DNA of 64,000 nt from positions 32,001 to 96,000 of the forward strand of contig JBEGVH010000020.1 in NCBI GenBank assembly GCA_041178425.1, written 5' to 3'. The stretch comes from Pseudomonadota bacterium. Lineage in GTDB: Bacteria; Bdellovibrionota; Bdellovibrionia; Bdellovibrionales; Bdellovibrionaceae. A program made the position numbers and the translations under genes. The notes beneath the pieces are model-generated. The model worked only from the letters and a program-made list of their open reading frames with translations. It was not told the DNA's origin and did not search any database. The first letter of the stretch is position 1; the number at the start of each line of letters is the position of its first letter. Positions 1 to 10,001 of this stretch are shown piece by piece.

Positions 1-521
1 AGCCTAGTTTCAAAGCGAACCCTGAGGTTCAGTTGATTGCCCAAGGCTCAAGCTACGTTTACGAATTTGAGAGTTACTTACCATCGCCGATCGGCACTTT
101 GGTCACCTATCTTTCAGAAGAAACCGTAAGGCTCCCAGGCAATCCCAAACTACTGTGCCGTAAACTGAGCAAATCGAATCAACACCAGAGCTGTAAGATT
201 GAGTGGAAAATTCCTTGTTCATTGCAACCTGGCGATCAAGCACTCAAGGTCGTTGCGGCTGCCGAATACCAAGGCCAAAACACCTCTGGGGAACTTGTAA
301 AAAAAGTATCCATCGTGGAGGGCAAAAAATGTGCCTCTACGAAACCAAAAATCAATAGCAATCCAGAAGTTCTACCCGCCCCTGCGTCTGAAGTTACAAC
401 TCCCGAGAACAAAGGCGCTTCTGATCAGTCCCTTTTTAACCAACCCCTTAAGAAAAAACCAAAGGCTATTAAAAAACCTAAAAAACAAAGGGTTAGATCG
501 AGTAACGGAGGTGTTCAATGA
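1..521 (+). CDS. Hypothetical protein, 5'-partial (C-terminal Lys-rich tail)
   Basis: Frame is open from the window edge (position 3) to the stop at 519-521, which overlaps the next start (ATGA). Confidence 0.65.
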   Translation, partial: PSFKANPEVQLIAQGSSYVYEFESYLPSPIGTLVTYLSEETVRLPGNPKLLCRKLSKSNQHQSCKIEWKIPCSLQPGDQALKVVAAAEYQGQNTSGELVKKVSIVEGKKCASTKPKINSNPEVLPAPASEVTTPENKGASDQSLFNQPLKKKPKAIKKPKKQRVRSSNGGVQ

Positions 522-1228
522 AAACGCGTTCTTTTTTTCTCGTCATTGCCTGTCTGATTGGTTGTTTATTCACGCAAGTTCTGTTTGCTGCCGATTGGGA
601 TTCATTAGGGTCTAGTAAAGCCCTCCTGAACAAAGCAAAGGCTCTCGATCCCGACAACAAAGTTCGAGTCGTACAAAAGCGAGCGGTCGACCGCGATCTG
701 CGTTTTGAACTCAGTGGTCATTATGGCCTTCTAAACGGAGGAGACTCTTATGTTAAGACTCAAACCGGCGGAGCCCAGGTAGAGTTTCATATTAATCCCC
801 GCTGGTCGGTCGGGTATCGCTACGACAACTACTTTAATGCTCTCACCACCGAAGGAGAGGCTATCTATAAGCAAACGGCGAATGCGATTGCCAATGGCAA
901 TCAAGCCAGTTTGCCAGAAATCAATTTTCCATTGAGTTCACACTTAGCCACCATCAGTTGGTACCCCATCTATGGTAAATTGAACTTATTTGATAAAGCA
1001 ATCACCCAATTCGACCTGTATTTAGTCGCGGGTGCGGGTTCGATCTTTTTGGATTCTGGTGAACGTTCTGCCCTAACTTCTTACGGCGGGGGCGCCGGCT
1101 TGTGGTTTACTCAACACTTTATGGCTCGCATGGAAATGCGCTACCAAGGTTACAAAGATTCTCTTTATACTAGCGCACCCCAAGTGAATAACATGGCGAT
1201 GCACCTTAGTTTGGGATTCCTTTTATGA
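518..1228 (+). CDS. Outer-membrane beta-barrel protein (myxobacterial/Bdellovibrio GltA/GltB/GltH-like)
   Basis: Signal peptide, VRVVQKR motif, YPIYGKLNL...FDLYLVAGAG strands, C-terminal LSLGFLL; SD GGAGG. Confidence 0.75.
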   Translation: MKTRSFFLVIACLIGCLFTQVLFAADWDSLGSSKALLNKAKALDPDNKVRVVQKRAVDRDLRFELSGHYGLLNGGDSYVKTQTGGAQVEFHINPRWSVGYRYDNYFNALTTEGEAIYKQTANAIANGNQASLPEINFPLSSHLATISWYPIYGKLNLFDKAITQFDLYLVAGAGSIFLDSGERSALTSYGGGAGLWFTQHFMARMEMRYQGYKDSLYTSAPQVNNMAMHLSLGFLL

Positions 1229-2103
1229 AAAAAACTCTTTTAAAAAAAATAGGTCTCTGGGTTGGAGCCATCGTACTTTCGAGCGAAGCATCGTTCGCAG
1301 TGATCTCGTCAGAAAAGAAAATAATGGATGAGGCTCGTCAGGCTTACTCCAGTGCAAAATATGAGAAAGCTATTTCACTCTACAATCAGATTCCACAAAC
1401 GTCTGATTACTGGACATTAGCAATTGAGGAGAAAGCCTGGGCTTACCTTCAAAAAGGCGAAAATAATAAGGCTTTGTCACAAATCACCACTCTAACAAGT
1501 GATTTTCTGGCACCTCAAATTGGACCGGAGCCTTATTTTTTGAAAGGCCTCATCGATTATCGTTTGTGCAACATCAAAGGAATTTTTCAGGATTTTGAAA
1601 TGTTCCGCAAACGATTTAAAAATCGAAGCGAGCAACTTGAAAAATTAAAAGACACGACAGAAAATATAGCCTCGGCCAAAGCCATTGAAACTCTCAAAGC
1701 AAAGAGAGCTCAACTCAATGACCTCAAGGCTGATGATTTCGGTCAAAATATCCAGTTTCTTCCGCGCTTTTTTTATCGAGACTCTACGATTAAAGCCGCC
1801 GTTGAAACCCAAAGTGATCGACGAATTTCAATGCGCTTAGCTCAACTCGCAGAAAGAGAAAGTAAGGAGATTGAAGCGGTCCTTCAAAAAATGCATCTTC
1901 TCGAATCTCAAGTGGTTCAGCAGGTTTTTGCCTATAACAAGGAAATGCAGAAAAAGAGCGAGGCTCAATTTAGTAATGAAGATAAAAATAGTTTAGTTTT
2001 TCCATACAGGGGCCAAAATGATATTTGGCTTGATGAAATCGACAGTTTCGAGGCAGCGACGTCTGATTGTCCTGTTGACCCTCTGAAAGGAGCAACATTA
2101 TGA
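1225..2103 (+). CDS. Secreted TPR-like protein (GltC-like)
   Basis: Signal peptide, helical repeats (KYEKAISLYNQIP, EEKAWAYLQ), C-terminal FPY...WLDEI motif. Confidence 0.6.
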   Translation: MKKTLLKKIGLWVGAIVLSSEASFAVISSEKKIMDEARQAYSSAKYEKAISLYNQIPQTSDYWTLAIEEKAWAYLQKGENNKALSQITTLTSDFLAPQIGPEPYFLKGLIDYRLCNIKGIFQDFEMFRKRFKNRSEQLEKLKDTTENIASAKAIETLKAKRAQLNDLKADDFGQNIQFLPRFFYRDSTIKAAVETQSDRRISMRLAQLAERESKEIEAVLQKMHLLESQVVQQVFAYNKEMQKKSEAQFSNEDKNSLVFPYRGQNDIWLDEIDSFEAATSDCPVDPLKGATL

Positions 2104-3224
2104 ATCTTGCCCCTCTAAAAACTTTAGGCTTTTTAGCACTAATGATATTTTCTATTAGCTGCGATCGAGCCAATAATCGCAGAATGACTCCACCTGAGAC
2201 TTATTCTCCCGTAGAGATTAAGAATGAAATCGCCGTTTTAAAAAATTCTAATGCGGTGGATATTTTGTTTGTCGTTGATAACTCCGAAACCATGGCTGTT
2301 CACCAGGCTAATCTTTCGGCGAATATCGACCATTTTGTGAAGTCTTTTGATTCTAACAAGAGTATTGACTATCACATTGGGATCGTTCCCATTTTTGATT
2401 CTGTTAGATATGGCTCAATCATCAAGACGTACAATCCTAATGGTTATCTATTACCGTTGAATGGCGAGACTGGAAAACTACCCAAATTCTATTACACCCG
2501 TGAGCATAATAATTTAAAGCTCTTGGCTAATAGTATACGCATAGGTGTTTTGCCACTGAAAGATAAAGCTGGAAATTATCAAGGCCCTGAGTTTGAGGAG
2601 ATTCTTTCTCCCATTTACGCTGCCTTCAACGAACCAGCCCTCTCCTCAATCAATAACAAAGGATTCTATCGGCCTGAAGCCCGATTGGCGATCATCATGA
2701 TTACCGATGCCGACGATGCAAGCCCTGGAATTTCGGGGAGCGATCTGGATTACTTTTTGAAAAATTTAAAGCAAGATCCACGCGGCGAAAAGATTTCTAC
2801 TTTTGGCGTTTTGGCGAGTCGAACAGATTGTGAAAAAGTCGATTATGGAATGATTGATAATGCGCAAAAGGTTATCGATTTTCTAGATGCTAGCCGTGGC
2901 GAAGCCCTATCCCTTTGCAAAGAAAACTTTGCGAATATGCTGACATCGATCGGAAAGCAGATTCAAAATAAGGTTCAACATCAAGACTTTTTGCTGCAAG
3001 GCGTACCTGAAATCGGCACCCTGACGGTGACGGTGGGCGGGCAAATTCTTAAACCAGGACCGCAAACGTGGTCTTATGACCCTAGCACCAACGTGATCAG
3101 CATTAGCTTTGTTCCTAAGAGCAGCAAAGCTGAGGATCGAACGGTAAGCATTAAGTACACACGCGTTAACATGCAGAATATTAAAAATGGTCGCGCCAAA
3201 CGGATTGGGCAAATTCGACAATAA
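2100..3224 (+). CDS. vWA-domain lipoprotein (CglB-like)
   Basis: Lipobox SISC; MIDAS-like DILFVVDNSETM; ITDADD motif. Confidence 0.75.
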   Translation: MNLAPLKTLGFLALMIFSISCDRANNRRMTPPETYSPVEIKNEIAVLKNSNAVDILFVVDNSETMAVHQANLSANIDHFVKSFDSNKSIDYHIGIVPIFDSVRYGSIIKTYNPNGYLLPLNGETGKLPKFYYTREHNNLKLLANSIRIGVLPLKDKAGNYQGPEFEEILSPIYAAFNEPALSSINNKGFYRPEARLAIIMITDADDASPGISGSDLDYFLKNLKQDPRGEKISTFGVLASRTDCEKVDYGMIDNAQKVIDFLDASRGEALSLCKENFANMLTSIGKQIQNKVQHQDFLLQGVPEIGTLTVTVGGQILKPGPQTWSYDPSTNVISISFVPKSSKAEDRTVSIKYTRVNMQNIKNGRAKRIGQIRQ

Positions 3225-3288
3225 CTGGGGTCACGAGGCCCTCAGGAAGCGTCTTTTCGGGCACTAAATCATTTTGCAATCTTTTAAG

Positions 3289-3319
3289 AAACCGACTATC
3301 GATGATAGTCGGTTTTTTT
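3289..3319 (+). terminator. Intrinsic terminator
   Basis: AAACCGACTATC-GAT-GATAGTCGGTTT followed by a T-run. Confidence 0.85.
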
Positions 3320-3358
3320 GTTTCTATTTTTAATTAGACACACCAAAAGGGGCAACGG

Positions 3359-4900
3359 ATGGCAGTCACAACCGCACAACCAATTAACTCAAAGGGTGAG
3401 CTCTTTGGACACCCTAAAGGCTTATTCATTTTGTTCTTCACTGAAATGTGGGAGCGAATGTCATACTATGGAATGCGAGCCCTCTTGGTGCTCTACATGG
3501 CAAAGTATCTTCTTGTGGATCCAGAACGTGCGGCGCGAGTGACTGGTTTTAATTCCCTCAAAGGACTTCTCGAAACAGGCTTTGGCCCTCTCGATATTCA
3601 ACCCTTGTCTTCAGAACTCTATGGCCTCTACTCAGGCTTTGTTTACCTCTCGCCTTTTTTTGGAGGTATTCTCGCTGACCGCGTTTGGGGAAAACGCCGA
3701 TCCGTTTATATCGGCGGAGCTTTGATGGCGATCGGTCACTTTTTGATGGCTTTCGAGAGTCAGTTTTTATGGGCCCTGTTCTTTTTGATTTTAGGCAATG
3801 GTGCGTTCAAACCAAATATCTCTTCGCAAGTCGGAAATCTCTACGCTGACGATGACCCCCGTCGCGATGGCGCCTTCACTATTTTTTATATGGGTATTAA
3901 CCTTGGCGCCTTTTTCTCACCGTTTCTCTGCGATAACCTCGCCCAATGGATTTGCGGTAAGCTTGGTATGACAGATCCTGGCGCCGTTTGGCATATGGGA
4001 TTTAGTTTTGCGGGCGTGGGGATGTTACTGGGCATGCTTTTCTATCACTTCGGCCGCCACCACCTAGCACCCGAAAACGATATAAACTTAGCTCCAGTCG
4101 AAGAACGCACCAAGAACCTAGTTCTAACAACTCTTGGTTTTTTGGGTGCGATGGGTGGATTCTTTGGTTTATTGATGTTGCCGAACGGCCTTAAGATCGT
4201 CATGATTGCACTGATTGCGGCTGGCATCGTTTATAGTATCCGAAAGTTGCAAGACCCCATTGAGCGTTCAAGGGTGGCAGCATTAATCGTGCTGTGTATT
4301 GGGACGATTGCTTTTTGGGCTATCTTCGAACAACAAGGAAACACGCTCCAGTTGTGGGCCGATGAAAAAGCCGATTGGGCAACTCTTGGATTGCGCTCAA
4401 CCAACTATCAATCTTTGAACCCCTTAATGATCTTTATTTTTGCCCCCCTTCTTAGTGGTTGGTGGGAATCTCAAGCGCGCAAAGGCAAACAAAAAATGGG
4501 TTCGATCAAAAAAATGGCTATTGGCTGTTTCTTAGCGGGCGGTGCTTTTTTGGTGTTGTCGTTGGCAACGAAGGTGATCACCACCGATAAATCCATCGTT
4601 AACTTACTCTGGCTTGTTCTCACCACTTGGATCTTTACAATGGGTGAACTCTACCTTTCACCCATTGGTTTATCCCTGGTAACTAAAGTCTCACCTCCTC
4701 GATTACTTTCGATGATGATGGGCATGTGGTTTTTGTCTTCCTTTATTGGAAACTACTTAGCCGGACGCTTAGGAAGTTTGTATTCACAAATGTCGAACGA
4801 ATCGTTCTTCTTGTTGTTTGCTGTGCTCGGTATGATCGTGGGTGTGTTCTTCTTACTTTCGAACCAACGCCTGCAAAAGATCATCGGCACGGATATCTAG
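3359..4900 (+). CDS. dtpT: POT/PTR family proton-dependent oligopeptide transporter
   Basis: GHPKGL...EMWERMSYYGMR signature; FTIFYMGINLGAF; many TM helices. Confidence 0.92.
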   Translation: MAVTTAQPINSKGELFGHPKGLFILFFTEMWERMSYYGMRALLVLYMAKYLLVDPERAARVTGFNSLKGLLETGFGPLDIQPLSSELYGLYSGFVYLSPFFGGILADRVWGKRRSVYIGGALMAIGHFLMAFESQFLWALFFLILGNGAFKPNISSQVGNLYADDDPRRDGAFTIFYMGINLGAFFSPFLCDNLAQWICGKLGMTDPGAVWHMGFSFAGVGMLLGMLFYHFGRHHLAPENDINLAPVEERTKNLVLTTLGFLGAMGGFFGLLMLPNGLKIVMIALIAAGIVYSIRKLQDPIERSRVAALIVLCIGTIAFWAIFEQQGNTLQLWADEKADWATLGLRSTNYQSLNPLMIFIFAPLLSGWWESQARKGKQKMGSIKKMAIGCFLAGGAFLVLSLATKVITTDKSIVNLLWLVLTTWIFTMGELYLSPIGLSLVTKVSPPRLLSMMMGMWFLSSFIGNYLAGRLGSLYSQMSNESFFLLFAVLGMIVGVFFLLSNQRLQKIIGTDI

Positions 4901-5001
4901 GCAATCTAACCGTTTGTGTTAAAATCTCTCCATACTTTCTTGAATCTCCCTTCACATATCTGCTCTAGGGTGAGCTGGTCTTAATGAGGGAGGGGTTCAT
5001 C

Positions 5002-5199
5002 ATGGACGACACAAAATGGTTTTCACCAATAGTACGACAGCGGCTCACGTTAGCGCTTTTTCTTTCACTGTTTCTATTAGTTTATCTTAAGCTGAGGGCT
5101 GCACCGATCTTGCAAACCTCGGTTCCGATCAACGACTCCATAGATTTTATGGTGTACGCTCAAGAGTCTGAGGTAATTGATCTCGATTTTACAAATTAA
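5002..5199 (+). CDS. Small membrane-anchored hypothetical protein
   Basis: SD GGAGG upstream of ATG 5002; one hydrophobic segment. Confidence 0.45.
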   Translation: MDDTKWFSPIVRQRLTLALFLSLFLLVYLKLRAAPILQTSVPINDSIDFMVYAQESEVIDLDFTN

Positions 5200-5255
5200 G
5201 TTCCGATTTTCGTTCTTCGAATAAATAAGCAGCGCATGGGCACCGGGGGGAACTC

Positions 5256-5651
5256 ATGAATCTGGAAAAAAAGCGCGTGAACGTATTAACCGTGCTTAAT
5301 GTGTTCGCGCAGCAGACATCAGAAAAAGCCATGAGAGAATTGGTTACTTTATTTCTCTCACGCACGCCTCCCAAATTAGAACAACTGAACAAAGCGATCG
5401 ATGATTTGGATTTTTTGTTGATCGAGCAAGTGTGCCATCACCTAAAATCGAATTGTGGTTTCCTAGGTCTGCAATCACTGCAAGACCTTTTGGTTCAACT
5501 CGAGGCTCTCGCAATAAAACGCGACGCCACTTTGTTTCATCAAATAAAAAGAGATCTTCAGTTGCAGTTCGACGACTACGCTCTGATCCTCAACGATGTA
5601 TTACAAATAAGAAAGGAGTCCTCTCAACATGAATCAAATCCTAGCTATTGA
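5256..5651 (+). CDS. Hpt phosphotransfer domain protein
   Basis: CHHLKSNCGFLG matches the Hpt H-x-L-K-S/G motif. Confidence 0.8.
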   Translation: MNLEKKRVNVLTVLNVFAQQTSEKAMRELVTLFLSRTPPKLEQLNKAIDDLDFLLIEQVCHHLKSNCGFLGLQSLQDLLVQLEALAIKRDATLFHQIKRDLQLQFDDYALILNDVLQIRKESSQHESNPSY

Positions 5652-6369
5652 CGATTCAGAAGAAGTATTACTCGCCATTGAGCATTCTTTGGGTTTTCAG
5701 TTCAATGTAACGAAAGCTCGAAGTATCCATGAGGCCAAAGACGCTCTCGCGAAGAAGCCATTTGACCTAATTATTCTGGATCTTGGGCTGCCGGATGGTG
5801 ACGGACTCACACTCTGTGCTTCACTCAAGAATGATCCCGAAACGAAAAAAGTGCCGCTGATCATGCTCACCGGAAAGCATCAAATCGAAGACAAAGTGCT
5901 AGGTTTTACCGCCGGTGCTGATGACTATGTGGTGAAGCCTTTTCACCCGCAAGAGCTTAAACATCGCATAGAGGCCAGGCTACGAGAGGTTCAGCATAAA
6001 AAAAGAGAGAGTGAAATCTTTAAAGTTGGTGATTTAACCTTTGATGTAGCTAAACAAAGAGTGATTATCGACAAAAAAGATGGCTCAGAAACGGTATCGC
6101 TCACCACCCTGGAGTTCCGCATCTTGCTCTTCTTTGCCCGTCGCCGTGAGCAAGTGCTATCGCGCTCTCAATTGCTGGATTCTGTGTGGGGCGGCGATAT
6201 CAATGTGTACGATCGCACCATCGACACGCACATAAGCCATATTCGCAAAAAGATTGGCAATAGTGAGTGGAAGATCGAGTCGGTGCATGGTGCTGGCTAT
6301 CGCTTGGTGCGCAATCCAGTGAAAGTGGTCACACCCATTACTCTTTCGGCATCGATGCCATTGCTGTAG
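5629..6369 (+). CDS. OmpR/PhoB-family response regulator
   Basis: Receiver (IDD, LDLGLPDGDG, KPF) plus wHTH (RTIDTHISHIRKK, VHGAGY). Confidence 0.93.
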   Translation: MNQILAIDDSEEVLLAIEHSLGFQFNVTKARSIHEAKDALAKKPFDLIILDLGLPDGDGLTLCASLKNDPETKKVPLIMLTGKHQIEDKVLGFTAGADDYVVKPFHPQELKHRIEARLREVQHKKRESEIFKVGDLTFDVAKQRVIIDKKDGSETVSLTTLEFRILLFFARRREQVLSRSQLLDSVWGGDINVYDRTIDTHISHIRKKIGNSEWKIESVHGAGYRLVRNPVKVVTPITLSASMPLL

Positions 6370-6380
6370 GTTTTAGTTCT

Positions 6381-7028
6381 TCAGCCAAATTGCCCGCGGG
6401 GGTTATGAACATAAGTCGCTGATTCTAGGTCGCAGCCGCGGGTATTGTAATCAGAATAGTCTTCGGCGGTGCCGTCATCAACGGTGATGCTAACACTCGA
6501 CGCGGTTGATTGACCAAATTTTAGAACTACCGTCGATTGAATCGTTGAGTCGCTCGCAGAGTCATGACGTTCGCAAGTGATGGTGCCCGATATGGGTAGG
6601 CACTTCGATGTATTCGAAACCCCAAAATCAAAAACCACATTAGCAAAACTGCATGCATTCAAGGTGCCATCGTCCTCGGTTACCTTAACAACACCTGAGT
6701 TGATTGTTTTAGAGACCAAAGCGCCACTCGAGGCATTTCGAAGAACCGTTACATTGAGGGGGCTCCCACTCTCCACAACAACCGTTGAGGTGGTTGTGGC
6801 TGTATTGCCATTGCTTCGAGTAAATGTTTTTTGTCGAGTCACCGAGCTTACGATTGTTTTCACAATCGATTTGTTCGAACTCACGGTGGTTGGTGCGGCA
6901 AAAGTGACCGTTCTCGACCCAGATACAAGAACATCATCGGTCACGCTTCGAGTAACCGTTCCAGAAGCCCGAGCGACCTGAATGGTTTTAGTTCTATTGA
7001 TCGTACGATCAAGGGTGACCCCGAGGCT
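6381..7028 (-). pseudogene. 5'-truncated Ser/Thr-rich beta-strand protein (headless ORF)
   Basis: Frame stays open 28 codons upstream of GTG 6944 with similar composition up to an in-frame TAA (7029-7031); no SD, start or signal peptide there. Confidence 0.5.
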
Positions 7029-7094
7029 TTACTTAATTATTTGATCGAATTAATTCCATGAAAAGGCTAAAGCTAACTTCTAGACCTCAAAACG

Positions 7095-7508
7095 TTATTT
7101 AGATAATTTTGAAATTTCAGAATCATGACATTTTGATTTCATTTGGGCCCTTAGAACCTCGATAGTCTTAAAATTCGCCATCTGCTTTTCAGCTAAACCC
7201 AACTTTTCACCTTGAAGAAGAGTTGTTTGATTCTGAACCATTCCAATCTGCACAGCCATTTGCTGGCAGTTATTTTTTTTCTGGCAAGCGGTTGTTATTT
7301 CAGCTAAATACTTTTGGTTACCTTCAAGTTGCTTTGTAAGCTCTTTGATTCGACCCTCAAGTGCTAAACCATCATTTGATTCAATATTAATTCGTTTTTC
7401 CATGGCTACACATTCTGCATTTTTGGTTAGATCTTTATTTTTCGATACTCCCATTAGCGTAAAATGAATTACGAATAACATAAGTAGACTCGTTTTGTTT
7501 TTTTTCAT
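7095..7508 (-). CDS. Secreted coiled-coil hypothetical protein
   Basis: Basic N-terminus plus hydrophobic stretch; heptad-like helices, 4 Cys; AAAGG upstream of ATG 7508. Confidence 0.55.
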   Translation of the reverse strand: MKKNKTSLLMLFVIHFTLMGVSKNKDLTKNAECVAMEKRINIESNDGLALEGRIKELTKQLEGNQKYLAEITTACQKKNNCQQMAVQIGMVQNQTTLLQGEKLGLAEKQMANFKTIEVLRAQMKSKCHDSEISKLSK

Positions 7509-7526
7509 AAACATTAAACCTTTCAT

Positions 7527-7562
7527 AAATAAAGAGGGCCAGTAAACTGGCCCTCTTTATTT
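7527..7562 (-). terminator. Intrinsic terminator after the Cys-rich lipoprotein gene
   Basis: Perfect inverted repeat AAATAAAGAGGGCCAGT / ACTGGCCCTCTTTATTT. Confidence 0.85.
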
Positions 7563-7591
7563 TAACTTAGCTAATTTATAAGTGAAGAAAA

Positions 7592-9580
7592 TTAAGGGTT
7601 TTTATCCGCGTAAAAAATTAAATTCATTGGACTTAGCTGATCCCTTAGATTTCCAGCACCCTGAACATCTTTACCGTCTTTGGCCTCTTTGGCTACGCTA
7701 AGGCATGCAGCATCGGTGCTATTCATCTGACCAGATTGTTTTAAATCTACAAGAAGGCGACTATCAGAGATTTTTTTGAAGGTTAAGATTGTACGTCTTG
7801 ATACTTCACAAAAAGTGCTGCTGCTAGCTCCAGTATTAACTGTAAACTTTTGCATCTCTTCGTCTTCAAGAGTGGCCATCTGGCCATCCGGAGTATACTT
7901 AAGGATGTTAGTCAGGAAGGCGTTCTTAGGCTTTCCACGCTGATCATCTCGTGCAAATTTATCCGGAGTTGTTGCTGACCAATCGAAATTGTATTCCCGC
8001 ATACAACCAGTCGCTTGGGCCTGGCTAACATTTTGCCAATAGGCTTCAGCAAAACAACGGTAACCAGCTAAAATTTTTGCATTATTCGAACCCGCTCCAC
8101 CGTCCTGGGAGAAGTCGCATTTACGACCGTTCGCAAGTATCGCCGCCGGTTCCGCTACCCACTGTCCGTTGTTGTGAGTATAGGGAGTGGCTAAGTTGGG
8201 CTCACCGCTACCATCACTAACAAATTGGCCGCCGATATTCTTACAAGTAACACTTATATCTGCTGTAGTGTTGTCACCGTCGTGATTAACATTCGCAAAA
8301 GCACAACTGTTAGACCAAAAACCTGCACCATATCTTGCTGAAGCGTCTTGCCCAGAACATGTACCCTGACCCAAGGCATTCCAATTTGTAACGTTAACTG
8401 GCTTACCAGTTGCTGTGTTAAAGCAACCGCCCCCTTGAATTCCGATATTCCAGGCGCTTGCGCCGCTAACAATTCCATTATTATCTTTTACAACGGCCTT
8501 ACATGCCCATGCATCATACTGAGAATTTACTTTCATAGGCCGGCAATCTTGTATTTCTCTGCTGGAAGTAGCATTTCTATACATCCAGTCTTTATTGAAA
8601 GGCGAAGTGCAAGCCGCACCTCCATCACCACAAAAACCTGTTGGCATAGAGTAACCATAGTGAGCTAAAGTAATTGCATGACCATCAACAGTTGGCCCCG
8701 CTGATATATTTATGCGAGCATGGTAACGGGCTTCATCACCTGTAAATCCAGATTTATAACCACACGCACCAACACCTTGAGCAGCATCTCCTCCCCATAT
8801 CGACAATGCATAGCGATCATTCCCATCGGTTCCCGCATTCGCAGCACAGGCAGTCTCACTTGTGCAACTACCACTTGGTGTAAAATCCTTGCCAGCAAAG
8901 CGCATTAAAGTAAGGGGCATACCTACGCAAGGGCCATCGTGACCTTGGCCACAAGCACCAGGTGTCATGTAACCAGTTGGAACTGTAGCATCAAATGCTT
9001 TCATGTACCAAACACCTGTAGGATCAAACGCAGTGCCAACAGCGACCGATTCATTAGAGCCTACGACAGTTTGAACTTGGGAAACAGGAATCTTTACTTT
9101 CCCGTCAGTTCCTAAACTAATGCTCCCTAACTGAACGCTGTCATTCAAAACGATTGAAGACGACTCACTCGAGTTTCCATTTAGATCTTTTTTATCTGAG
9201 TCTACAAATACGACAGTTCCAACTTGGCTCTGATCAGTTTTATCTCTAAAAATCGCAGTTACCGTTGAACCTTTGGCGCCAGGCAGTGTGACACTGAAGC
9301 TACCATCCGGATTTAGATTAGCAGAAGCAATTGCTGGGGGAACAGTAAAGGCAATGGCATATATTTCCAAATCATTCGCGCTAGTAGCTGCAAATGAATC
9401 CACGTCTCCCAGATTACCAATTTTTAGTGGAACACCCATTGTCGACTGGGCAACGCTTAACGTCCCCGAGATTGTCATATCTGACGAAGCACCGCCAGAA
9501 CTAGAACTATTCTTCGAGCAACCCACCACCAGCGAAACGGCGGCAATCGTCGCGACAAGAACCTTTAAATAAATTTTCAT
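7592..9580 (-). CDS. Large Cys-rich lipoprotein of unknown function
   Basis: Lipobox VVGC, Ser/Gly linker, 18 further Cys; SD AAGGAGG. Confidence 0.8.
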   Translation of the reverse strand: MKIYLKVLVATIAAVSLVVGCSKNSSSSGGASSDMTISGTLSVAQSTMGVPLKIGNLGDVDSFAATSANDLEIYAIAFTVPPAIASANLNPDGSFSVTLPGAKGSTVTAIFRDKTDQSQVGTVVFVDSDKKDLNGNSSESSSIVLNDSVQLGSISLGTDGKVKIPVSQVQTVVGSNESVAVGTAFDPTGVWYMKAFDATVPTGYMTPGACGQGHDGPCVGMPLTLMRFAGKDFTPSGSCTSETACAANAGTDGNDRYALSIWGGDAAQGVGACGYKSGFTGDEARYHARINISAGPTVDGHAITLAHYGYSMPTGFCGDGGAACTSPFNKDWMYRNATSSREIQDCRPMKVNSQYDAWACKAVVKDNNGIVSGASAWNIGIQGGGCFNTATGKPVNVTNWNALGQGTCSGQDASARYGAGFWSNSCAFANVNHDGDNTTADISVTCKNIGGQFVSDGSGEPNLATPYTHNNGQWVAEPAAILANGRKCDFSQDGGAGSNNAKILAGYRCFAEAYWQNVSQAQATGCMREYNFDWSATTPDKFARDDQRGKPKNAFLTNILKYTPDGQMATLEDEEMQKFTVNTGASSSTFCEVSRRTILTFKKISDSRLLVDLKQSGQMNSTDAACLSVAKEAKDGKDVQGAGNLRDQLSPMNLIFYADKNP

Positions 9581-9666
9581 CGTTAATCCTCCTTGAGTGA
9601 ATTTAGTTTTTCCTTAAACTAATTATTTTTTGTTTAACTTTTAGTCGGTTTTTAAAACCAAGGTAT

Positions 9667-9694
9667 AGTTCGGATTTTTCTCTCCAAAACTTGA
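9667..9694 (-). promoter_or_regulatory. Putative sigma-28 (FliA-type) promoter
   Basis: TCAA-N16-TCCGAACT on the minus strand upstream of the 9580 gene. Confidence 0.5.
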
Positions 9695-10001
9695 GTGTCT
9701 GAATAAAACTTTTTTGCACCGTTGCAAAACGTCCCTTTTCAAACACTTAAGTCAAAACCATCCGTGGTCTTCGAGTCTTATCGAACTAAAAAGAGGCACC
9801 AGCTTCCATTGCGAATTTTTCTGCATCCCTTTTCAGTACAAATTATAAAAACTCTTAGATCCCCTTAATTGTGTATCAAAAAGATTTATGGGGGTAATAA
9901 ATATAGGTTAAGATTTCTCCTTGGTCGCGGCCGGAAAAGGTCTAAGCATAACCAAGGTCGAGCCTTTTCGATGGGCAAAAAAAATCGAAGTCACAAAGCG
10001 C

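Noticed and set aside
7592..9580. Multiheme cytochrome
   Set aside because: Cys-rich but no CxxCH motif.
9900..9990. c-di-GMP-I riboswitch
   Set aside because: Only GGTCTAAG matches; the GCAAA-P2-GAAA elements are absent.
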